Assembly: GCA_030141605.1 (NCBI GenBank) | Contig: JAQGDQ010000393.1 | Coordinates: forward strand, 62,001 to 126,000 | Direction of reading: 5' to 3' | Source of the DNA: Tubiluchus corallicola | Lineage: Eukaryota > Animalia > Priapulida | Length of the DNA stretch: 64,000 bases | Part shown: piece by piece, positions 53,214-64,000 of the stretch | How positions within the stretch are numbered: the stretch's first letter is position 1 | Layout: every line of letters begins with the position of its first letter | The notes under the pieces: generated by a model | What the model saw: the letters and a program-made list of their open reading frames with translations, nothing else | What the model was told of the DNA's origin: nothing | Databases searched by the model: none | Translations under genes and position numbers: made by a program

Positions 53214-55357
53214 TTAAAAAGATCATAAAGTTAGCTATATTATACTTTAGACGGAAATTTACAGTGTGTTGCTTTACTTCAGCCGTTGAACGACGTCTTT
53301 TCCTTTCATTTAAGTTGCACTAAGTGAATAAACGTTTATCATGTTGTCTAGTACTGACTTATATAAATTACTTGAAAACAGAACATTGAAAATCTAACAA
53401 CATTTACTCTATCGATTGGCTTCTCTAAATTTGAGCGTTATTTTTGAGCAAACAGTGATTTAAATCAATCTTGGTCAACGATAACAATGCACTCTGCTCT
53501 CGCTGGAAGAAGTGAAATAATCAAGATGGTTTGCCTCCACGAATCGACTGCACTGATTTAATTTAGATAAATGTCGTTAGCGTCAAGAAATGTCAGCAGC
53601 AGTAGCAGCATTAGATAAGCTTCTTTCATCTTTATGTTCACAAAGTCTCGAAGAAGAATCTCAGTGAAAACTATTGCTGCTGAGTGGGCTGAATTAGTAA
53701 TGATAGCTTAGTAATATAAAAACAAAATAGTGATAACTATGTCGAACTAATGTTCTGTACAGAAGACCTTAGATTAGAAATGAAGCTTAAAGTCAGAAGT
53801 GAATGTGAAGTGTAACTCACATCTTGTAGAAACAATCAAAGTAACAGCACAAACCAGCTGCTTTTTGTAAACTTTAGGAATTCTTTGCTTTCAGCAAGTT
53901 ACACTCCCGCTGAGCAAGGCCAAGAATAGTTTATGTACCGAAATTCTTTTAGCATGTTTAAAGCGCTTGTGAAAATTTACAGCAGATAACCTACACTAAA
54001 TTCAACATTTTCAATATGAGAACAAAAGACAAATAAGTACAATGATGGTATCTGATAAACTTTATACTCCATCTTTGATAAGACGGTGATACATTTAAAA
54101 TTGGTATAAGGCGTACGTATTTGAAAGTGGTTCTACTCCTACGCAGGAAAAAAGTTCAAATTACGGTGTCACAGGAAGAGTGTCATAGTTGTCACCTTCA
54201 CTACAGCTCACTAAATTCGTGAAAGGGTACACTTCAGGAACAAGTCCTGATTTGGCTTATTTCGGAAAGACTGTTTGCTTTTAGTAAAGATACGCACTTA
54301 GCCAAATGCCGAGATTAATTATGGAAATTTCTCTGTTATATGATCATATTTATAAAGATAAAAGGTATTTTGGGCACTGGAACCAAACCTAACTAATAGC
54401 GAACAGAGAACTACTAAGATATGCTAACTTATTGAAATAGGCTTCAGAGTAGAAAAACTTCGATTCAGTGAGCACTCGATTCAACTTCCATTAGCATCAG
54501 TTGGTTGTACAGACTAATGTCAACGTGCGTTGAAAGTCAAATTCAAACTCAAAGATTTAACATGTTTATTTTTTTTACCAAACACGTTATAAACAATCAA
54601 TTACTGTGTTAATCATTTTCAAAACATCTCTGCCAGCGTCTCAAAATCTGCGTCTGTGAATTCTCAAGACTCGTTTTGAATGGAATTATGTAGAAAGTCT
54701 ACATAACTGTTGCTATTGGAAACTGACTCATAGTTGTTTTACCATCAAGGTCTGTATCGACAAACTACACATCTTACCAGCCTTCAGTGCACCATAGATA
54801 ACAGCAGTGATTTCACTGCCACAAACGCTGACTTCAAATCAAACCTTACGATAATATCAGTCCTCAGCGGTTATCTAAATCAGCAAAATCTATCAGCATT
54901 TCACCGGTCATTAAAACGCCTTGGATTTTCATCAGATTCCATCTATAAGCAATTAATTTAATAGTTACGACTTATTAATTAAGTTTCGTTATAAGAACAA
55001 ACAGTCGAATTGAAAATCGCCTCTTTTACCTCCCGTCCCCTCTGTTTGCTTTTTCCGCCTCCAGAGCACGCACAAAACGCCATTAGCCAGCCTTGTATTA
55101 GCACTTGCCAATAGGACGAGTCACCACTTTACAGCAATTTATTGCGTCCACTTAATGGACCACTTGTCCTGGGAAGAAGCCGACTAGAGTACTAGAATCA
55201 GCCTGGATCAGCATTATGAAATGTTGAACTCCGAACGACTGAAAGACAATTTAAGTAAGCCGGAAGTATTTCGATTCCTGAGCAAAAGGAAAGGGGCTTG
55301 CAAACACGGAGACAAATCGGCAGACAAGCAGAGGAGGCAAGAAAATAAGTAAAACCA

Positions 55358-56565
55358 CTGAATGAGTGAATGAATGGAGTGAGAGAATGAATGAATGAAT
55401 GAATGAGTGAATGAATGAATGAATGAATGAGTGAGTGAATGAATGAATGAATGAATGAATGAATGAATGAATGAATGAATGAATGAATGAATGAATGAAT
55501 GAATGAATGAATGAATGAATGAATGAATGAATGAATGAATGAATGAAAGAATGAAAGAATGAATGAATGAAAGAATGAATGAATGAATGAATGAATGAAT
55601 GAATGAATGAATGAATGAATGAATGAATGAATGAATGAATGAATGAATGAATGAATGAATGAATGAATGAATGAATGAATGAATGAATGAATGAATGAAT
55701 TAATGAATGAATGAGTGAATGAATGAACGAGTGAACGAGTGAACGAGTGAATGAGTGAATGAGTGAATGAGTGAATGAATGAATGAATGAATGAATGGAT
55801 GAATGAATGAATGAATGAATGAATGAATGAATGCATGCATGCATGCATGCATGCATGCATGAATGAATGAATGAATGAATGAATGAATGAATGAATGAAT
55901 GAATGAATGAGTGAGTGAGTGAGTGAGTGAGTGAGTGAGTGAGTGAGTGAGTGAGTGAGTGAGTGAGTGAGTGAATTAATGAATGAATGAATGAATGAAT
56001 GAATGAATGAATGAATGAATGAATGAATGAATGAATGAATGAATGAGTGAGTGAGTGAGTGAGTGAGTGAGTGAGTGAGTGAATGAGTGAATGAATGAAT
56101 GAATGAATGAATGAATGAATGAATGAATGAATGGATGAATGAATGAATGAATGAATGAATGAATGAATGAATGAATGAATGAATGAATGAATGCATGCAT
56201 GCATGCATGCATGCATGAATGAATGAATGAATGAATGAATGAATGAATGAATGAATGAGTGAGTGAGTGAGTGAGTGAGTGAGTGAGTGAATGAATGAAT
56301 GAGTGAGTGAGTGAGTGAGTGAGTGAGTGAGTGAGTGAGTGAGTGAGTGAGTGAGTGAGTGAATGAATGAATGAATGAATGAATGAATGAATGAATGAAT
56401 GAATGAATGAATGAATGAATGAATGAATGAATGAATGAATGAATGAATGAATAAGCGAACGAACGAATGAGTGAATGAATAAATGAATGAATGAATGAAT
56501 GAATGAATGAATGAACGAACGAATGAATGAATGAATGAATGAATGACGAACGAATGAATGAATGA
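55358..56565. repeat. 1.2-kb (GAAT)/(GAGT)/(GCAT) compound microsatellite
   Basis: Directly visible; explains the HSFI ORFs. Confidence 0.97.
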
Positions 56566-57289
56566 AAAAATGAGAAGAAGACAATCGTGAGATACACAAG
56601 CAAGCAGACAGCCAACTAGGGAACCAGACAGACACACAGACAGCTGACAAATAGATAAAGTAGATCAACAGATAGCCTACTTAATGAAAAGCGATTATAT
56701 ACGATTACAAAAGATATTTTAATACAAACGTTACGAATGATGCGAGGTAAAAGTGAGTTTTTGGCAGCGTTTTTACTATTAACTATATTAAATGATCTCT
56801 TAGCCGCAAGCTCGCCGAGTTTTAACCAAGACGAGGCAATTTTAGTTTACGTTTATACCAAACGAGGTTATATTGGCGTTTTGTCGCTTCGATATTGCTC
56901 GATAAACATCACGTGATGCATAAAAACAGTTCAAACGATCCGGCAATGAAAGGAGAATCGACTTCCGAAAATCGCCCGTTAACAGTTTTAGACGTGCAGT
57001 CAAACATCAAGTGATGGTTCATAACCATCAGGACTGTTAACGTAATAGTCTGGCGTCTAGCATCGACACTGACGTTTAGTTATTGTGGTGCAATAGTAAA
57101 TAGAAGAAGTAAAGTCATTCTGCTAGCTAAATCAAGCTTTTTAATTTTTATAGTCAATAATGAATTGTAAATTTAAATTTTTGCATTCAGAATTTCATAT
57201 TTATTTTATTACATATATGTAAGTACTACCTAAAGGAATGTAACGAAATGAAGCGTTGGCGTATAAAGGAGGATTTACACCAAGAATGT

Positions 57290-57420
57290 CTAACTTACAC
57301 GCGCCATAAGAGATTTTCACTAAATCTTTTGAGAAATTGTCAACATAGATTGAAAATACGAAAGGCGACAAAATGACACCTTGACTAACTGCACCATTAC
57401 GTATCACTTCGGATTCACAT
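57290..57420 (-). mobile_element. LINE reverse-transcriptase core fragment
   Basis: NGAVSQGVILSPFVFSIYVD resembles GVRQGxxLSPxLFxxYxD. Confidence 0.75.
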
Positions 57421-59580
57421 TGTTCATTTAGTCACTTACATGCGTGTCGTGTCCACAGAAACAAAACTGCAGCCGTTGCTAGAATTTTATCATATGAGAT
57501 TCGTATGACATGAGTTTTGAAAAAATCCATATGCTATAACTGAACGTTTGCTATTGCCCTTATGTGGTTTGCTTTTTGCAGTTGAAATAATTGTCGTCAT
57601 CGTTATCACTGTCGTTGCTTTTAAGGCTTTGTTTGTTACAATTCTGGACACCCATTACGGTCGTACCCTACTATCCTGGAAAAGAAACTGCTTGGCATGA
57701 TGTCCATTACCAGCCATTGCTATACTGAAGTCTTATCAGCCATCTATAGACTAATCATAATTCATGGCAAATAAAAGCAACAAGACGGATGCGACGTTAT
57801 GCACATCATATTATTGATCAACTTCGCTTAACATTAACAATTCAACATCTCACTCAATTGCCAGCATCATTCGCATATCCTCATCCTATGCGCATGATTT
57901 ATGACATGATAATTACCTCACGTAATTACCCATGTTTGAGCAAGCATGCCCATGTCTTTGGCTTCAAACATTTATACATATTTGCCTGACGTGTTGTGCC
58001 AGAGACCACAGTGGAGCTGCAGTAAAGGGCTTTTCCCGAACTCTAACTGTACAAAAAGGAACAGAATTTTGTAAAACGGCAAAATTTGTTAGTGCATTGT
58101 TTACAATGCTGTCTTCACTTCGTTTGGATGAGGGTACATAAACCGACGTCACACACTTGATTTTTTTAAAGCTTTTGCGTGAACACCTTAAGCAAAACGC
58201 TTAATCTTCTAGAGAGCTTCACAAGTATTTACAAAATGAGTAAATAGACCCACAAGATATGCGGTATCTTTTGAAAACACCCAACAGACGAGTGACAATG
58301 GAACTTGTTTATTTCTGGGATTTTTCACTAGAAAAAACACAGATAAACATAGCCATTGTGATGATGTTAGTGAGTCACATAACTTTCGTAATTTTCGCAA
58401 TAGTAAGAGTTTAACAATAGAAGCTCTCGTCCTGGTTTGGATGGGAGAGTGATCTAAATTTCGGGGGGCAAGCACTTGGTCTTGAGTTCAAGAGTAGTTC
58501 GAGTCTAGCGCCTGGCCACACAAATACATATACCCAACATGTTATTCGTGGTGTTGCGTCTTTACCTGTACTGTTAAAATGAGCGACCGTCTACGAAGGT
58601 AATGAAATGTTGTCTTTGTCTTTTATAACTTTAAAATTCATAAAGAATGAACTTTATACGTAACTGAAATTCAAACAACTCGAACCAACTAACAATCGTC
58701 AAAACACTTCCTTTTTACTCAGTATGTAACACGTATATTTTGCTCTCGATCAAAAATTTAAAAAGAAATACAGAGCAAATATTCTCAACAAGTACAACAC
58801 TTCCTAATTTCCCACACCTACTGCAGCAGTCATACCACAATCCTGGTACAGATTATGCAAAACAAGGCATCATTGATAAAACTTTAGAGCTGATGTCAAC
58901 ATCTCGCAATCTATTATCTTTCCTTCTACCCTTCCTGTGTGATCTAACCTTTCTCACAGTTCTTTTTTTGTTCACTCATCCATTTTTTTATCAGGTTCAC
59001 ATGACAGTGGGCTCATACACGCCTTTGCTTCTCTAGCCCACTGCAGTACAATTATTATTTTATGATAACGATAGTGTATGAAACATAACAATTTAATATA
59101 GTAGATGTAATAATTTTGATGTCACTGTGTGCTTTATATTGTACTGAATGTGATAATAATAATAATAATAATAAAATAACTCAGCATACAGCATATCTTA
59201 AACCAAAAGTCAATTCTCAAACACGCCGCAGTATTTTCACATAGATAACACAGCATCGCTGAGTACAATTCTTTTGGGCATTTGCTTGTTCAAATTGAAT
59301 GAAATTGTTCATTTCAGAAGCTGTGGAAATCTTCCTTCCATTTCTATTCCCATTCCTCGGAAGTTATCATGACATCTTAATCTATCAAGCTGCTGCAGAG
59401 GAAGCTGATTGAACGACTGCAGATGCGGAACAATAAATCGAGCTGAATTGAAAATCCAAATGGAATCCGACGACAAGAGTCAATTTTGCAACCCTTTGCA
59501 GCAAACTGTCACATGTGTGATAATTATTAGCTGTGATGCCCATTATTCTTTTATTAACACTTTGCACTCAGCACTTGCGT

Positions 59581-59843
59581 CATAGAGATACCTGTATCAC
59601 ACGCAGACTGTTATGCACCATAGAGATACCTGTATCAGACGCAGACTGTTATGCGCCATAGAGATACCTGTATCAGACGCAGACTGTTATGCACCATAGA
59701 GGTACCTGTATCAGACGCAGACTGTTATGCACCATAGAGATACCTGTATCAGACGCAGACTGTTATGCACCATAGAGATACCTGTATCAGACGCAGACTG
59801 TTATGCGCCATAGAGATACCTGTATCAGACGCAGACTGTTATG
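59581..59843. repeat. 38-bp minisatellite x7
   Basis: catagagatacctgtatcagacgcagactgttatgcac head-to-tail, no spacers. Confidence 0.97.
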
Positions 59844-62243
59844 TAAATCCATTATAAATGAATAAAGTTTAAACTTATTTAAACTGTCACATTTGTTGTG
59901 CCAAAGACGTAAAAACACGTGTAACTTAGAAAAAATGGAATAAAAATACACTTATACTACAAAATAAGCAGTACTGTTATCATTTAAACGTAGCTGTTGA
60001 TTGCGTTAACTTGTGATGATTTTGTTAATTTTGAATAAATTGCACAGAACGCTCAATGAACACTCCTAGAACACCCCATATAAATGTTTATTTTTTTCAA
60101 GCAACGTAGGCCCACGTTGAATATAGAAGTATATTGAGTGACTTCTAAACCTGCAGTGTATGTACTTATGACATAACTTGTTCACATTCAGGGAAAATTA
60201 CTGATAATGCAACATTTAATGGAGTTGCAAGTCTTTGCGCAGTTAACTGATAGATAAAAACGAAGAATAAACCGAAGACTAATCGAAGAATAACACCTAT
60301 TAATAACAAAGAGATTAAATTCGAGGCGCATGAAATCCTTTAAGAACTTTATCGGACTATAAACGAAGTTACTACAAATTAACCGTAGTTACCCTAGTTA
60401 CCCTGTTTAGTTGCATTATTAAATGTATAAGTTGTCTAGAGTTTGTCAGTTAGATAAGTATTAGGTCAGTAACGAAAATGCACTTAAGAGAAAGTGCCAC
60501 ACAAGTGTAGTCAAGATTCTATTGATAAACGAGTCTCAATAATTTGAATAGCACCAGCTTCTCAGCTTGTTCAGGTTTCCACCAACTTGTTTATCATTTC
60601 TATTTGTGTTGCTTGATTGTTGTTGTCTGAATGATTGCTGTTCTGTGACGGATGTATTGATTGTGTGGTTTCTAATCACGTTTTCCCAGTAGCCCCCATA
60701 AAGCACATAAGCGGATATAGCGTCCAGCGCCGCATTAATATTATGCATTTGTCGGCAGTTGTTCATTAGGAGTCGCAAGTTTGTTCTTAGAGGTCCTAAG
60801 AGATTGGCTTCGTTTGAAGGCCGCATGCGAAGCCAAAGCTATTAGTGAATAATAGAAGGTAGAGAAGTTGAATTAAGGTTCTGCCATTGCAGAAGTTAAT
60901 GGCAAATGCGGTGAGTCACTTTTTCCTTTAATAATGCCTATTGTATGTGCAGGAAGTATGGGAACTCTTCAGAAATGACGAGCCTGACGAACACATTAAA
61001 AATTTGTAGCAAAGTTCGCCCACTTGGCAATCAGCCGCTTTTTTGTCAGCTTCTGTATATTGCAGTTTAAGTGTTATTTTAAAGGAAAACCGGATGATGG
61101 CGAAGACATTAATTCAGAATAAAGAATGGTCTAAAATATTGGAAACTACAATAGCTTTTTTAAAATCAAAACTTAGATTAAATAACAATTACCTCGGATA
61201 CTCAAATTTTGTTAAACTTTCAAAACTACGCGCGGCTCAGTGAATCTACTAAGATTGGTAGCGGCGCCTTTTTGTCACATGAGCGTGGCCGACAAATAGA
61301 GGGCGATACCGTGATAACCATGATCATGAACTGCTGTGTTAGTTTCTGACGTCATGTGACGTAGAGCCCATTTTAGTGACACCCCGCGTTTAAACAGTAA
61401 CACTTACGCAAACATGCTTGACGTACAAGGGAGGATGGCTGCCATTGCACAAACTGTGGCTAGTTTCTGACGAAAGCAATAGCTGTGTTCGGTTCCCTTT
61501 AAGTAAGTTTCTAAGCTAATTATTCAAATATAAAAAACAATTGCTAACTTTTATAGGCAAGAAAATGTATATTTCAGACAGTAAATAAAAACGAGAATGA
61601 GTCTAAACAATCGTCCGGTCTTCCTTTAACAAACTTTAGCTGCTGCAAAATATTTTAATTGTATGATTTATGCGACTCATTTCCTGAAATAAAATAGTAA
61701 AAAAACAGTCGCCCAACCGAACTTATTGACTCTCGACTATTGGTGCTAAAAGAATATTTTACTCGCGTGTGTCACAGAACTGACGTGGAATCTACAGCAC
61801 TCTATTAAGGAGTGTAATCACGCCCGGAGATTTGATTGGTTGATGTCAGGCAGAGCGTGATTAGAAACACAAGTTCTGATCCATATTCCAAGCCTTTATT
61901 CTGGCAAATACTCCGCTTTCTAAGCTTTCAAGTAAGTAAATGATAATGAAGATTTGTCCGGATGAGTGGCAACGCGCGAGGTGTGATGCTGGGACGGATT
62001 TCGTTAAGCAGTGAGTGTAGGGTGAGGAAGATTCAATACGCGGTAGCAAAACCTGCAAAAGGATGAAAAAAAGAAAAAGAAATAAAGAAAAAACCTGAGT
62101 AAAAAAAGAATAGACGAATGATCAACGAATGAGTGTATATAAATAAGCAAATGACTGTAAGACCAAATAGATAACAAATAACAACTAAACGAACGAACAA
62201 GAAGCAAAATCCATCACATTCATTCTTTAATCATATGATCACG

Positions 62244-62605
62244 TTCATTCATTCATTCATTCACTCACTCACTCACTCACTCACTCCTCCCTCCCTCCCT
62301 CACTCACTCACTCACTCACTCACTCACTCACTCACTCACTCACTCACTCACTCACTCACTCACTCATTCATTCATTCATTCATTCATTCATTCATTCATT
62401 CATTCATTCATTCATTCATTCATTCATTCATTCATTCATTCATTCATTCGTTTGTTCGTTCCTTCACTCGCTTGTTCGTTCATTTATTCGTTGCTTCACT
62501 CGCTTGTTCGTTCGTTCATTCGTTCATTCTTTCGTTCGTTCGTTTATTCGTTCATTCATTCCTTTCATTCCCTCACAAATTCATTCGTTCATCCGTTCAT
62601 TCAAT
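62244..62605. repeat. (TCAC)/(TCAT)/(TTCG) microsatellite
   Basis: Directly visible. Confidence 0.93.
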
Positions 62606-63114
62606 CGTTCGTTGTTTGATTTTAGAAGTGGATAAGTTTCTGCTTTCTAGAAAGTTCTAGCAACTGAACAGGCAGACTCCAACTGTTGATCTCAAAAGAT
62701 GCAGCACAAACGACTATTAATTCTTGAGTTTAAGCCATTCATGCAGCCAAGAAACTGTAAACCAAAAATAAATGTAAATGTAAATAACTGCCGTTATTTG
62801 TCAATTTCCAGAACGGATAAAACAAATCTCATCTAGCTGCAGAATTGTTTTCCCCCGGTGACACAGAAATGCGTGAACTATCTAAACACTGCGATAATTA
62901 CATTTGCAACAGACTCAGTATGAACAAATTTCAAAGATGCGCCGAAATTTTACTAATATACTTAAGTTCAATACTTAAAGTTCAATCCGAAGTAGTGTTT
63001 TTTTAGTGATATGACAACTAACATTCCTATCATTTTTAAAAGGTCATATTGATGTAATTTCATTTATTTCAACAATTAGTTCTTTGACAGCCGGATTCTG
63101 CTTTCACAAAAGTA

Positions 63115-63244
63115 TAAGCCTTGTGTACCAATGTACCATTGTTAAGCCTTGTGTACCAAAGTACAATGTTAAGCCTTGTGTACCAATGTACAATGTTAAG
63201 CCTTGTGTACCAATATACCAATGTTAAGCCTTGTGTACCAAAGT
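63115..63244. repeat. 26-27-bp minisatellite x5
   Basis: aagccttgtgtaccaa.gtac.atgtt. Confidence 0.93.
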
Positions 63245-64000
63245 GCAGCCAAATATTTCAACATAGTAATAATTTCATTTAAAAATTTTGCTTAAACTTT
63301 TCCATCTATTGTTGATTAACGAAGACACCTATAAGGTATTTAAAACCCGAAAATTTGGGCGCACTATCTCAAGATTTTGATTAAATGGAGAAGTTAATAA
63401 AATACTTATACCAATAAATACTAAATACGTACAGGATGAGGAATTAAATTAGAGGTCAATAAAAAATCAAGTTAAATCAGTTACCACCAAAATAAGAGTT
63501 GCTTACTTCGTATTTCAGAAACTGATTCTCAAAATTGCCTAACAGATGAGAACATGTTGTTACCTGTCAGATCCACGTCGTTGGTTACACCGGTTTTTAC
63601 GATTAATTTTTACAAAAATTGCCCCAAACAACGCGACTGGCAATTCAAGGCGAGGAACTACATTGAAAAGATGCAGAAATTAATAAACGTCCAGAGAAAT
63701 AGAATTCGGGCAAGTAATTTACTAATGATAGAAAGTATCTGTCGATGATCTTTGTGAATTAAGTAAGATTGCATTTTCAGGAAAACTTTTTTGATAAAAA
63801 CTTCCTCAGATAAGAAGCCCGAGGAAAAAACTTGCACTTATAAACTGCTGTTCTACATCTAGGAATGTCAAAGATATGAGAAGAAGCAAAAGCAATGCAC
63901 TACGAACTAATTATTGGCGTTTATGGATCCAGTGAAGAAAAGTCCTGAGAGCATCTTCCACAGAAGTGACTACAAAAAAGGCTAAATATGGTGACGGATG

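Noticed and set aside
53345-53629. Signal-peptide-like MKEAYLMLLLLLTFLDA on minus strand
   Set aside because: Stop after 23 codons, no donor, no recognisable domain.
59581-59843. CRISPR-like appearance of the 38-bp, 58-bp and 62-bp arrays
   Set aside because: Head-to-tail with no unique spacers, no cas genes, eukaryotic context.

Overview
AT-rich, microsatellite- and MITE-rich animal (invertebrate-type) nuclear DNA with spliceosomal introns; most entries in the ORF track are simple-repeat artefacts. Reading splice sites by hand gives four minus-strand loci. (1) 420-3706: a secreted Gly/Phe-repeat + Arg/Pro-rich protein that appears to splice onto a trypsin-fold domain whose catalytic Ser is replaced by Pro (GDPGGP). 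(2) 8906-19032: signal peptide + Caspr/neurexin-IV-type fibrinogen-like domain + Cys-rich C-terminal domain, with two decayed middle exons. (3) 20661-29464: a complete 8-exon divergent tetraspanin (271 aa). (4) 31937-40244: its tandem paralogue, a more canonical tetraspanin whose exon 1 was not found. 41-64 kb has no gene I can support. Also present: LINE remnants, a tRNA-derived SINE, hAT/Tc1/piggyBac/Kolobok-like MITEs, minisatellites, two Penelope-type hammerhead-ribozyme motifs and two adjacent perfect hairpins. No CRISPR array, rRNA gene or intact tRNA. All gene models are manual and unverified by RNA data.
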